A stretch of DNA of 30,708 nucleotides from a virus (lineage: Duplodnaviria > Caudoviricetes). Shown here in pieces: positions 7,869 to 16,550 of the stretch (positions are counted from its first letter, which is position 1; the number at the start of each line of letters is the position of its first letter). The translations under genes and the position numbers were made by a program. The DNA lies in the IMG/VR virus record IMGVR_UViG_3300036783_000276, positions 1 to 30,708 of that record, one strand, 5' to 3'. The notes under the pieces were generated by a model. It did not search any database, had not been told where the DNA came from, and saw only the letters and a list, made by a program, of their open reading frames with translations.

Positions 7869-8885
7869 CTACCGGAACAGCGACCGGTACGCGACCTCCC
7901 ACAGCTTCCACCCGTCCTCGATCACGAACCGGGCGGCCATGGCCCGCGCCGCCTCGCCCATCTGCGCCCGGAGCGCGTCGTCGGAGGCCAGGACGGACAG
8001 GTACTTCAGCCACTCATGCTCCTGCTTCACCAGGAACCCGTTCACCCCGTGCACGATCACCGGCCGGTAGGCGGGCACGTCGGAGCAGACCGCCGGGATG
8101 CCCCGGGCGCCGTACTCGATCGCCTTGATCGCGGACTTGGAGTTGCTGAACGCGGTAGGCCAGACCGGGCACAGGCCGATGTCGAAGTCGATCAGCTGGT
8201 AGTACCGGTACGGGTGGTCGTTCACCTGGACCCAGGGCGCGAAGAACACCCGGTCGCGCGGGGCCCGGAACGTGGGCCGGTAGTCGGTGCCGCCCAGGTG
8301 CAGGTCCCAGCGGGGGAACCGCTTGAGGAACCGGCGGACCGGCTGGGCCACCTGGCCGATGTCGACGCCGTGGCTGGCGCCGCCCATCCAGCCGACCCGG
8401 GGCCGGTCCCGGGCCGGGCGCGGCGGCAGGCCCAGGACCCAGCCCGGGAGGTGGTTGGGGAGCACGGCGACGTTGCCGCTGTACTCCCGGAGCACCTCGG
8501 CCAGGGGCTCGGTGGAGACGGTCACCAGGTCGGCCACGGCCACGGCGTGCTCCACCGCGTCCCGGATCTCCGGCTTGCCGTATAGCTGGTACGCCTGCCA
8601 GTTTTCCTGCGTGATCGACCACAGGTCGTCATCGAGTTCGTAGACGAGCTTGGCGAACAGGCTGGCCCGGCGCCACACCTCCAGCCCGTCGTGCTTGTTC
8701 CACCGCTGCGCCACGATGACGTCGTGGCCCTGGAGGTCCCGCAGGGTGACCGGAGGCGGGTGGAACCGGTCCCCGGCGTCGATGTAGGTCACGTCGTGGC
8801 CGTGGCGGCCCAGCTCCGTCAGCGGTGTCTGCATCCGGTACCAGGCACAGCCTGAGCCGCCGTCGTGGCCGGCGAAGATTCTCAC
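7869..8885 (-). CDS. Glycosyltransferase, GT-B fold (GT4-like), 338 aa
   Basis: GCAWYR, VYELDDDLW, VTVSTEPL, VGWMGGASH, DIGLCP, KSAIKAIEYGARGIP and VNGFLV motifs. Confidence 0.9.
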   Translation of the reverse strand: MRIFAGHDGGSGCAWYRMQTPLTELGRHGHDVTYIDAGDRFHPPPVTLRDLQGHDVIVAQRWNKHDGLEVWRRASLFAKLVYELDDDLWSITQENWQAYQLYGKPEIRDAVEHAVAVADLVTVSTEPLAEVLREYSGNVAVLPNHLPGWVLGLPPRPARDRPRVGWMGGASHGVDIGQVAQPVRRFLKRFPRWDLHLGGTDYRPTFRAPRDRVFFAPWVQVNDHPYRYYQLIDFDIGLCPVWPTAFSNSKSAIKAIEYGARGIPAVCSDVPAYRPVIVHGVNGFLVKQEHEWLKYLSVLASDDALRAQMGEAARAMAARFVIEDGWKLWEVAYRSLFR

Positions 8886-9028
8886 GGCTTCTCCCTGATC
8901 CGGTCGGCGGTCCGTTCCAGGACCCGGATGAGGACCCGCAGCGCGAACGTTTCCTTCCGCGCCCGCTCGTGCAGGATCCGGGCCGCGCGGCGCAGGCAGT
9001 CCGCGTCGGACCCGGCGCAGGCCCTCAC
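8882..9028 (-). CDS. Small hypothetical protein, 48 aa
   Basis: GTGA coupling at both ends. Confidence 0.5.
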   Translation of the reverse strand: MRACAGSDADCLRRAARILHERARKETFALRVLIRVLERTADRIREKP

Positions 9029-9264
9029 TCGCTTACCCGCTCGGGCCAGTGCCAGGTCCCGGGCGCCTTGCCGTCCTCGTCCTGCCGGCACGGGCGGCTG
9101 AGCGCGTACGCGGGGAGCGGCTGGCCGCCGGGCGGGAACAGGGTCAGCGCGAGCGTGCCGTCCGGCAGCACCGCCGTGACGATGGCGGCCTGGCACGCAT
9201 CCAGCGCCAGCTCAGCCCGGCTGTCCGTCACGCAGTGCACGATCCGGCCGGGGGACGGCCTCAC
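9025..9264 (-). CDS. Conserved small phage protein, 79 aa (PSPGRIVH...AAIVT...GTWHWPER)
   Basis: GTGA-coupled start at 9264; motif pattern of a common small phage family. Confidence 0.7.
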   Translation of the reverse strand: MRPSPGRIVHCVTDSRAELALDACQAAIVTAVLPDGTLALTLFPPGGQPLPAYALSRPCRQDEDGKAPGTWHWPERVSE

Positions 9265-9557
9265 TGGATCTGCCCGGGGACGGCCTTGACCAGGCCGGGC
9301 TGGCGGGCCACGGTCAGCCCGGACTCGCTGAACGAGTCGCGCAGCGCGGTCATGGCGTCCACCCAGCCCTGGGCTTCCTCCCGGTCCTTGATGGGCACCG
9401 ACAGGGTGGTGTTCCCGCACCGGATGGTGAGGAACCCGCAGGTGCCGTCCGGGAGCGGGACCAGCCCGGTCACCATGATGGTCCGGACGCCGGTGTCGAG
9501 CAGCGTGTTGGCCACGTCGAACAGCGGGGGCAGGCCCACCTGGGTTGCCTCGCTCAT
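9261..9557 (-). CDS. Hypothetical protein, 98 aa
   Basis: Strong GGAGGAG RBS; coupled stop. Confidence 0.7.
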   Translation of the reverse strand: MSEATQVGLPPLFDVANTLLDTGVRTIMVTGLVPLPDGTCGFLTIRCGNTTLSVPIKDREEAQGWVDAMTALRDSFSESGLTVARQPGLVKAVPGQIQ

Positions 9558-9566
9558 GATCTCCTC

Positions 9567-10175
9567 CTAGCGGTAGGCGCTCGGCCACACATCGCAGGTC
9601 TCCTCGTCCACGCGGACGTGCCGGATGCCGGCCCTCATCCACGCCCACACCAGGTCCCAGTCCTCGAACTGGCCGCCGTGGTCCCAGCCCGCCACGTCCA
9701 GGATCTCCGCCCGGTGCATGATCATCGGGGTGCCCACGTTCCCGCACGCAACCGGGCCGGTGCCGATCACCGAGCTGCCGTTCGGCCCGTGGGACAGCAT
9801 CCGGGAGACCGCGAACCCCGCGCCCGGGTCCGCGTCCAGCGCCGCCGCCAGCAGCGTGCAGTGCGACGGCCGGAGCGCGTCGTCGTCGTCGCAGTAGGCG
9901 ATGTAGGCGCCCTGGGCGATCTCGCAGGCGTAGGCGCGGGCGTGGTGGCCGTAGTGCGGCTCCGGGTCGTGCTCGGGCAGCTCGCCGTAGTACACCCGGT
10001 TCCAGCCGTCCAGCCACGGCGTGATCATCCTGGTCCGCAGCACCGGGTCCGGGCCGTCGCCGATGACCAGGTGCTCCAGCTCGGGGTGGTCCTGGGCCTG
10101 GACCGAGGGCAGGCACCGGTCGAACAGGTAGTCGTGCCGCTGCCAGGTGGGAGTGACCACGGTGACCAGGCTCAC
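9567..10175 (-). CDS. Glycosyltransferase family 2, 202 aa
   Basis: GTG 10175; VTVVTPTWQR, GDGPD, YIAYCDDDD (DxD) and EDWDL motifs. Confidence 0.9.
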   Translation of the reverse strand: MSLVTVVTPTWQRHDYLFDRCLPSVQAQDHPELEHLVIGDGPDPVLRTRMITPWLDGWNRVYYGELPEHDPEPHYGHHARAYACEIAQGAYIAYCDDDDALRPSHCTLLAAALDADPGAGFAVSRMLSHGPNGSSVIGTGPVACGNVGTPMIMHRAEILDVAGWDHGGQFEDWDLVWAWMRAGIRHVRVDEETCDVWPSAYR

Positions 10176-10408
10176 CCCAGTTCCTCCAGGGCCTCGGGCG
10201 GCAGGTAGGCCTTCATGCGGACCAGATCGCAGGTGACCAGCCGGTGCTCGGTAAGCGGATCCGGCTTCCTGGCGATATCCTCCAGCCGGGCCACCAGGCA
10301 CAGCAGGTCGATCAGCTTCACCGGGATCTCGTCGTCACCGTGCTCCCGGATCCAGTCCGGCTCAGGACCGGGCTGCGCCCAGCGGTCTACCACGAACTCC
10401 AGGCTCAC
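10172..10408 (-). CDS. Hypothetical protein, ~78 aa
   Basis: GTGA coupling at both ends. Confidence 0.55.
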   Translation of the reverse strand: MSLEFVVDRWAQPGPEPDWIREHGDDEIPVKLIDLLCLVARLEDIARKPDPLTEHRLVTCDLVRMKAYLPPEALEELG

Positions 10409-11145
10409 CCGGGCCACCACTCCGGGATGTTCAGCCTCGCGTTGAACGCGGCCAGCGACTCCGGGGTGAACGGCGTGCCGCCGAGCTTGGCGATGTCGGC
10501 GTTGAGGCCGCCGTCGCCCTGGCGGCGGGAGTAGGCGTGCCAGGCCCGCAGGTTTTCCCCCGTCTGTGCATAACTGCGTGCGTAAGTCTGGTCGTGCCCG
10601 GCGCCGAGGGTGTAGTGGTGGTGCGGCAGCATGACGTCATCAAGGTACTCGTGGCCGCAGGCCTGGCACCAGGCGTACCAGGCGACGTCCACGTACATGT
10701 GGCTGATCTCCGGCGGCCCGGCGTAGCCCAGGATCCGCACCACGTCGGCGCGCATGAAGATGTGGCAGCTCAGGCTCCCGGGCTCGCGCGGGTACCGGTC
10801 GTTGGCGAACGCGAACAGCTCGCGGCGCAGCGAGTCCCGGATCCGGTCGTCCCAGCCCCAGGTGTCGCAGGTGTTGTCGTCGCCGACGTGGCCGATGAAC
10901 TCGAACTGCCCCCAGGTCATCACGGCCAGGTAGTTGATCCAGGCGGTGACGTAATGCAGGCCGTCGCTGATCACGTAGCCGGGGCCGGCCGGGTACTCGT
11001 CCCGGGTCTCGTCGTCGGCGTCCAGGCCGATCAGCAGCGTGGTCCGGCCGGCGCAGGTCCGCTGCATCGACTCCCACAGCCGGGCCGCGTTGCCGGGCCT
11101 GCGCAGGCTGGGCACCAGCAGGCCGAGCCGCCCGTCGCCGTCCAT
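10405..11145 (-). CDS. GT2-like glycosyltransferase, 246 aa
   Basis: TGATG-coupled ATG 11145; LLVPSLRRP, LDADD, HVGDD, HMYVD and HHHY motifs. Confidence 0.8.
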   Translation of the reverse strand: MDGDGRLGLLVPSLRRPGNAARLWESMQRTCAGRTTLLIGLDADDETRDEYPAGPGYVISDGLHYVTAWINYLAVMTWGQFEFIGHVGDDNTCDTWGWDDRIRDSLRRELFAFANDRYPREPGSLSCHIFMRADVVRILGYAGPPEISHMYVDVAWYAWCQACGHEYLDDVMLPHHHYTLGAGHDQTYARSYAQTGENLRAWHAYSRRQGDGGLNADIAKLGGTPFTPESLAAFNARLNIPEWWPG

Positions 11146-11810
11146 CAGCAGCTCCCCGGGGCGGCCAGCACGGTCAGCCACGGGTAAGCGGGCAGCGGCT
11201 TGACGTCGGCGAGCGCCTGGCGGCCGGTCAGGAACGTGTCGCCGGTCTTCTCCCGGTACAAGTAGACCGGCGGCGGCGGGATCCAGGCCTCGGTCTGGCA
11301 CCGGCCGGTGGCGATCACCCGGTCGCCCCAGGCCTTCTCAGCGCCGTACCCGCCCGACCACTGCCCGGCCACGGCCAGCTCCCGGCGGATCGGGTTGAAC
11401 TGCATGACAGAGCGGAGCAGCCGTTCCGGGCCGTCCTCCCAGCGGGGGTGCCGCAGCGAATGCTCCACCGGGATCTTCTGCTCGCCGTCGCGGGTCCAGC
11501 CGATGGCGAACCCGACGTAATCCGGCTCGGAGCCCAGCGCGATCAGCACCCGGGCCAGCCCGTCCGGGGCGAGCAGGTCGTCGTCATCGATGCAGGACAC
11601 GTAGTCGGCCTCGCTGGCCGCCACCAGCGCGGCGGTCTTCTCGCCGTAGGAGACGGTCAGGTTGTCCCGGTACAGCAGCACCCCGACCCGGCCCAGCGCC
11701 TCGCAGGCGGTGATCTGAGCGTCCAGGCAGGCCAGCAGCTCGCACAGCGTCTCGTGCCTATGGGGGATCGAGGCAATGAGCAGATCCCAGGTGGGGCAGG
11801 CGCGGGTCAC
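11145..11810 (-). CDS. GT2-like glycosyltransferase, 221 aa
   Basis: GTG 11810; LLIASIPHR, GEKT, YVSCIDDDD and FNPIRRELA motifs. Confidence 0.8.
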   Translation of the reverse strand: MTRACPTWDLLIASIPHRHETLCELLACLDAQITACEALGRVGVLLYRDNLTVSYGEKTAALVAASEADYVSCIDDDDLLAPDGLARVLIALGSEPDYVGFAIGWTRDGEQKIPVEHSLRHPRWEDGPERLLRSVMQFNPIRRELAVAGQWSGGYGAEKAWGDRVIATGRCQTEAWIPPPPVYLYREKTGDTFLTGRQALADVKPLPAYPWLTVLAAPGSC

Positions 11811-12172
11811 GTCAGCAGCCTCGCGTTCTCCGGCAGCCGGGTCGTGTCGGTCTCGTACGCCTCCCCCGAGCGCGGCCCCCGGGTGAAGACCAGCACGGTG
11901 GTGTCTTCCAGGGCCTTCCAGGCGTGCGGGATGCCGGCTTGCTCGATGATCATCTCGCCCGGCAGGTGGACCGAGGACACCCGCCCGTAGCCGTCGATGC
12001 TGGCTGAGGTGAACACCATCTTGCCGGAGACGATGTAGGTCCACTGGGTGGTCAGCTTGTGGACGTGGTTGCCGCGCACCGCCCCGGCCTTGGTGGTGAT
12101 CTCGGTCACCGCGTCGACCTGGCCGAGGAGGTCCTGGATGACGCCGCGCTCGTCCTCGTACCGGTCAGTCAC
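11807..12172 (-). CDS. Cupin (RmlC/FdtA-like NDP-sugar isomerase/epimerase), 121 aa
   Basis: EDERG, RGNHVHK, QWTYIVSG and PHAWKALED cupin motifs; adjacent to sugar genes. Confidence 0.8.
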   Translation of the reverse strand: MTDRYEDERGVIQDLLGQVDAVTEITTKAGAVRGNHVHKLTTQWTYIVSGKMVFTSASIDGYGRVSSVHLPGEMIIEQAGIPHAWKALEDTTVLVFTRGPRSGEAYETDTTRLPENARLLT

Positions 12173-12386
12173 GGTAGATCACCAGCCCGTCCGTGGTGCC
12201 GATCTGCTGCCAGCCGGTCTCAGGCGCCTTGTAGTCGCAGCCCTCGCCGTCCCAGCCGGGGCACTCCCACGTGGTGGCGGTGTAGCCCTGCGCTTCCCCG
12301 GCGCGCGGTTTCATCAGGCCGTGCACGGGGCATTCCGGCGTCATCTGGATGTACAGCTGGGCAGGGCCGGTGCGGATCTCAGCCAC
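12165..12386 (-). CDS. Small Zn-ribbon-like protein, 73 aa
   Basis: CPVHG...WECPGWDGEGC. Confidence 0.6.
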   Translation of the reverse strand: MAEIRTGPAQLYIQMTPECPVHGLMKPRAGEAQGYTATTWECPGWDGEGCDYKAPETGWQQIGTTDGLVIYRD

Positions 12387-13563
12387 GGTAGATCCTGGGG
12401 GCCGGGAGCGGGATGATGACCTGGCCCCGGTAGCCGGCCGCGCGGAGCTTGGGCACCACGTCGCTGGCGATGTGCCAGCAGAACAGGACCGCGTTCGGGG
12501 GCTGCTCGCGGATCATCTCGGCCTCGTCCGCGACCATGATGGCCGTGCCTGGCATGACGGTGCCGATCTTAGCGGAGGCGGGCACCTCGGCGATCTTGCG
12601 GATCCAGCGGCCAAGGCCGGCGAAGTGGATCAGCGGGGTGGCCCGGGTGGCGGCGCCGATGCCCCAGACCGGGCCGTCCTCGCTGGCGATCTCCAGCAGC
12701 CGGCCCAGCTGGTCGCGGGCGGTCTCGGCGCGGGCCTGGAGCTGCTGCGGCCGGCGGGCGGCCCAGGTGCGGAACGACCCGCCGTGCGTGCCGATGTTCT
12801 CGGTCCGGGTGACCAGGAAGCCGTGCATCTCCAGCAGCCGGCCGAGCGTGGCGGGGGTGAAGAACCGCAGGTGCTCGTGGTACACGGTGTCGATCTGGAG
12901 GCCGTTCAGGACCGAGGCGGCGTCGTGGTTCTCGGTGATGAAGACGCCGCCGGGCTCCAGCAGCAGCGAGACGCCCTGGATGAAGTCGTGCGGGTCGGCG
13001 ACGTGGGCCAGGACGTTGGACGCGGTGATCACCCGGGCCTGGCCGAGGGTCTTGGTGATGTCGCCGGCCAGGTTCCAGGTCCAGGGATGCTGCTCGACCG
13101 GGATCACCTTGTCCCGGCACGCGGCGGCCTGCCCGGTGGGTTCCACGGCGAGCAGCCGGGCCTCGGGGTCGGCGCGGCGCACCGCGTCCAGCAGGGTGCC
13201 GTCGTTGGCGCCGATGTCCACCACCAGGTCCCGGGACCGGAGCAGCGGGGCGATCTCCCGGGCGAGCTTGCCGAAGTGCATCCGCATGGCCCGGGTGTTG
13301 CCGGTGGCGTACGGGTGATCGGGCGGGAACACCTCGTCCCGCTCCACCTGGTAGCTGAGCTGGATCAGCCCGCAGGTGCCGCATTCGAGCAGCCCGAGCG
13401 GGTACCGGTTCCCGTCGTCGCGCTCAGCCAGCGGCTGGTCGCCCAGGTCCAGGATCTGGATCATGCCGTCAGCCCGGTCCTCGCCGCAGAGCTGGCAGTG
13501 CTGCTCCGGGACCGGGCCGGCCAGGAAGGTGTCCAGGAGCTTCCGGGCCAGGTCCGGGTTCAC
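12379..13563 (-). CDS. NDP-hexose C-methyltransferase (NovU/TylC3-like), 394 aa
   Basis: CQLC, LDLGDQPLA, CGTCGLIQL, VVDIGANDG, NVLAHV, DTVYHEHLRFF, THGGSFR, GIGA and FCWH motifs. Confidence 0.9.
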   Translation of the reverse strand: MNPDLARKLLDTFLAGPVPEQHCQLCGEDRADGMIQILDLGDQPLAERDDGNRYPLGLLECGTCGLIQLSYQVERDEVFPPDHPYATGNTRAMRMHFGKLAREIAPLLRSRDLVVDIGANDGTLLDAVRRADPEARLLAVEPTGQAAACRDKVIPVEQHPWTWNLAGDITKTLGQARVITASNVLAHVADPHDFIQGVSLLLEPGGVFITENHDAASVLNGLQIDTVYHEHLRFFTPATLGRLLEMHGFLVTRTENIGTHGGSFRTWAARRPQQLQARAETARDQLGRLLEIASEDGPVWGIGAATRATPLIHFAGLGRWIRKIAEVPASAKIGTVMPGTAIMVADEAEMIREQPPNAVLFCWHIASDVVPKLRAAGYRGQVIIPLPAPRIYRG

Positions 13564-13790
13564 TGGATCTCCCGGTATCCGAATCCGAACCCGTGATTAG
13601 GCACGGGCAGCCCGGCCGCGAGCCGCCGCCGCATGACGGTCTCGGCTGCTGCCTGCTCTGCTTCATCAGCGGTGTTCTTGTCGTACCTGGCCTGAAGCTC
13701 GGTCATGCGCTCATCCCATTCCGGGGTATGCACGATGCCGCGCGCACGCTCCTCGTTGTACTGCGCGAGCGCCTTAACCCAGTCGGTCAT
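13560..13790 (-). CDS. Hypothetical protein, 76 aa
   Basis: ATGA/GTGA coupling; YNEERARGIVHTPEW. Confidence 0.65.
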   Translation of the reverse strand: MTDWVKALAQYNEERARGIVHTPEWDERMTELQARYDKNTADEAEQAAAETVMRRRLAAGLPVPNHGFGFGYREIQ

Positions 13791-14758
13791 GTGTTCTCCC
13801 GGTACCAGGCGACGGTCAGCGGCAGGCCCCGGGTGAACGGGGTGCGGGGCAGGTCCACGCCGGCGCCCCGGGCCAGGGCCGCGATCTTGGCGACGTCCGG
13901 CAAGCGGCGCGGCGGTGAGCCCTGCGGCAGCTTCCCGGGCTCCAGCTTGATCCGCCGGCCGTAATACTCGGCGGTCAGGTGCGCGACCTGGCTGATGGTG
14001 ATCTCGTCCATGGTTCCGGCGTGGTAGATCCCGGCCGGGGTACGCGGGTCCAGCAGCAGGGCCAGCTGGGCGGTGCAGTCGCCGATGAAGCAGAACGACC
14101 GGGTTTCCAGGCCGGACCCCTGGACGGGGAACGGGATGGGCCCCTCGGGGTAGCTGGCGGTGAGCCGGTTCATGCGCAGGCAGAACTCGGGGATGACGTG
14201 CTCTTTCCCCATGTCCGGGCCGTAGATGTTGTGCGGCCGGGCGATGATCACCCGGTCCAGCACCCCGGCGCGTTCCCAGGCCAGCGCCATCAGCTCGCAG
14301 GCGATCTTCCCGCCGCCATAGGAGTACCGGGGGTTCAGCGGGTCCGGGACGGTCAGCGGGACGGTCTCCGGGGTGGGTACCTGGCCGGCCACCTGGTAGG
14401 CCTCGGAGGAGCTGATCAGCAGCAGGTCGGCGCAGCCGGTGACCGCGCAGGCGTCCAGCACGGCGAGCATGCCCCGCAGCGCGACGTCCAGGACCTGGCG
14501 GGGCTCGGCGTAGAAGGTCTGGGTGCCCTGGATGTAGGCGGCGTGGATCACCGCGTCGCAGCCCTGCATGGCGGCGGCCACCCGCACCGGGTCCCGGACG
14601 TCGCCCTCGTGCACGTCCAGGTCGGTCCAGGCCGGCAGGCGGCCCCGGCGGCCCCGGCTGAAGTCGTCCAGGACCGAGACCGAGTGGCCGTCCGCGAGCA
14701 GCCGGACGGCCAGGTTGGATCCGATGAACCCGGCACCGCCGGTTATCAGGTAGCGCAC
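13787..14758 (-). CDS. NAD-dependent NDP-sugar epimerase/dehydratase (extended SDR)
   Basis: TGGAGFIGS, SSSEAY, YGGGK (YxxxK), RPHNIYGP and RSFCFI motifs; GTG 14758 after GAGGAG (the ORF track starts at 14779). Confidence 0.92.
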   Translation of the reverse strand: MRYLITGGAGFIGSNLAVRLLADGHSVSVLDDFSRGRRGRLPAWTDLDVHEGDVRDPVRVAAAMQGCDAVIHAAYIQGTQTFYAEPRQVLDVALRGMLAVLDACAVTGCADLLLISSSEAYQVAGQVPTPETVPLTVPDPLNPRYSYGGGKIACELMALAWERAGVLDRVIIARPHNIYGPDMGKEHVIPEFCLRMNRLTASYPEGPIPFPVQGSGLETRSFCFIGDCTAQLALLLDPRTPAGIYHAGTMDEITISQVAHLTAEYYGRRIKLEPGKLPQGSPPRRLPDVAKIAALARGAGVDLPRTPFTRGLPLTVAWYRENT

Positions 14759-14841
14759 GGCAGCACGGCTCCTCGTCATGGCGGGTGTCGTGGCAGCTCC
14801 CTGCCCCCTGGCCGGGCGGGCCGTGCCCTAAGCCAGGATAG

Positions 14842-15510
14842 CTACCCGGACGGCGGCTTGCCCACGTACATCGCGTAAGCGGCCCGCCAGTCCGTCGCGA
14901 TGGCGTGCTGGGCGGTCGCCAGCGGCACGGTCCCGGCGCACACCTTCGCGTGCAGGACGTCCTCCAGCACGTCCTTGGAATTGTGCACGAACGCCGGGTC
15001 GAGGTGGTACTTCGCGATCATCGCCGGGTCGGGGACGTCGTTCAGCTCGGGGTACAGGTTCCGGGCGGGGTCGGCCGGGTCGGCGCCGGCCTGGCCCAGC
15101 AGCTCGATCGGGATGATGTGGTCGACCTCGTACTCGCCGGCCGTGCGGTGCGTGATGCCGTACGCGGCGTAGACCCTGTTCTTCTCCGCCGTACCGGGCC
15201 GCATCGCCTCCAGGGCCGGGTTCACGTGCGGGCAGATGTCCGCGATCGTGTAGCCGGGCTGGACGGCGCCGGGTGACAGCGCGCGGTCCGGCAGCTTCCA
15301 GCTGGCCGGGTAGCGGGTGCCGGCCGGGCTGCGCGCGGCGGCGGGCGGGGAGCCGGCGGATGAGGACACGTCCGGGACCGGCGTGCTGCTGGACGGCGCG
15401 CACCCGGCGGCCAGCAGCACGCCGAGAGCGGCCATGGCCAGAGCGGCCATGGCCAGAGCGGCCATGGCCAGAGCGGCCGTGGCGGCAGCGCGAGCCTGGC
15501 AGCGGTTCAC
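14842..15510 (-). CDS. Putative secreted lipoprotein with HNH-like nuclease motif, 222 aa
   Basis: Signal peptide with LAAGC lipobox; EYEVDHIIPIELLG...NLYPE...KDVLED...VCAG...AIATDW; TATCCT -10 box 6 nt before GTG. Confidence 0.7.
   Translation of the reverse strand: MNRCQARAAATAALAMAALAMAALAMAALGVLLAAGCAPSSSTPVPDVSSSAGSPPAAARSPAGTRYPASWKLPDRALSPGAVQPGYTIADICPHVNPALEAMRPGTAEKNRVYAAYGITHRTAGEYEVDHIIPIELLGQAGADPADPARNLYPELNDVPDPAMIAKYHLDPAFVHNSKDVLEDVLHAKVCAGTVPLATAQHAIATDWRAAYAMYVGKPPSG
15425..15483. repeat. 15-bp tandem repeat (AGAGCGGCCATGGCC, ~3.9 copies) encoding AALAM in a signal peptide
   Basis: Three exact copies at 15425, 15440 and 15455, plus a near-copy at 15470. Confidence 0.9.
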
Positions 15511-15528
15511 GCTCCCAGGATAAGCGGG

Positions 15529-15685
15529 CTAACCAGTAGTGACGGCGCCCGCCGACCGCGTGCCCGGCCGCCCCGGCGATCCACAGCACCGCGCCGACGA
15601 CGAGCAGGATCAGCCCGATGACCCACAGCAGGTAGATGCCGAGGATGAAACCGATGATGGCGAGCAGCGCTCCGACGATGATCAT
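15529..15685 (-). CDS. DUF6131-like small membrane protein, 51 aa ending GGRRHYW, followed by TTA-G instead of a stop
   Basis: MIIVGALLAIIGFILGIYLLWVIGLILLVVGAVLWIAGAAGHAVGGRRHYW matches the actinobacterial family pattern; TAG is in the +1 frame at 15529-15531. Confidence 0.75.
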
Positions 15686-15695
15686 GCCGTAGCGG

Positions 15696-15881
15696 CTACC
15701 CGGTGAACAGCAGGGCAAGCATGTACAGCGCGAGCCCGGCCGCGACGAACGTGGCCCAGATGGCGCGGGGGGTGACCACCCAGGCGATCACGGCGGCGAC
15801 CGCGAACAGGATGAACGCGATCAGGATGAGGAAGCCGTGCGCGCCGCTGACGGCGAACGAGCTGGCCAGGTAGCCGTTCAC
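15696..15881 (-). CDS. Small two-TM membrane protein (holin-like), 61 aa
   Basis: Two hydrophobic helices; GTGA coupling. Confidence 0.65.
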   Translation of the reverse strand: MNGYLASSFAVSGAHGFLILIAFILFAVAAVIAWVVTPRAIWATFVAAGLALYMLALLFTG

Positions 15882-16048
15882 CGGGCCCGGTCATCCTTGT
15901 AGTCGTGGCCGAGGCTGCTGTTGCCGCCGTGGGCGAGTTCCTTGCCGGCCGGCTGGGGCACCCCGGCTCCGGCGGCGTTGGACGCGGCGGTGCCGGAGAC
16001 CAGGCCGGGCGCCGTCGCGGGAGGGTACTGGCGGGCGATGTCGCTCAT
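15878..16048 (-). CDS. Hypothetical protein, 56 aa (MSDIARQYPPATAPG...DYKDDRAR)
   Basis: Not in the ORF track; ATGA start and GTGA stop coupling. Confidence 0.65.
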   Translation of the reverse strand: MSDIARQYPPATAPGLVSGTAASNAAGAGVPQPAGKELAHGGNSSLGHDYKDDRAR

Positions 16049-16230
16049 GTCTGCTTCCAGGGGCCGGGGCCATCCTCGAATTCGCCGGTGGCCTGGCCGG
16101 TCTCGAAGCTGGCCGGGCCGGAGTTGGCGTCTACCGGCTTCCAGCCCGCCACGGTTTCGCTGGTCGTGGCGTCCCAGGGCTGGCCGGTGACGCCCGGTGC
16201 GCTGGTGATCGGGTCGGGTGCTGCTGGCAT
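16045..16230 (-). CDS. Hypothetical protein, 61 aa
   Basis: GGAGGA RBS; ATGA-coupled end. Confidence 0.7.
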   Translation of the reverse strand: MPAAPDPITSAPGVTGQPWDATTSETVAGWKPVDANSGPASFETGQATGEFEDGPGPWKQT

Positions 16231-16240
16231 GGCTGTCCTC

Positions 16241-16540
16241 CTACTGCTCTGGTGTCCGTACAGGGGAGGCCGGGGCAGCCTTTCCCCAGGAAGGCTCGGG
16301 CGGGCTGTAACCGCTGGCGGGCTTGCGCTTGCCGGTGGTGCCCGGCTGGATCTGCCGGCTGTTGCTTGCGCTGACCTTCGGGTCGGCCTGCTCTTTAGCC
16401 GGGGGCAGCGGGTCGACGGGCTGGGAGCCGGGCGCGGTCATGGCAAGCTTGTTATCGCTCATCATGTTCCCGCCGGCCATGGACGTCGGGCTGAGGGTCG
16501 TGATCGGGTCGCCCGGGATCAGGTTGCTGAGGTCTTGCAC
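16241..16540 (-). CDS. Hypothetical Pro/Ser-rich protein, 99 aa
   Basis: AGGAGG RBS; operon context. Confidence 0.65.
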   Translation of the reverse strand: MQDLSNLIPGDPITTLSPTSMAGGNMMSDNKLAMTAPGSQPVDPLPPAKEQADPKVSASNSRQIQPGTTGKRKPASGYSPPEPSWGKAAPASPVRTPEQ

Positions 16541-16550
16541 CGGCTGCCTC

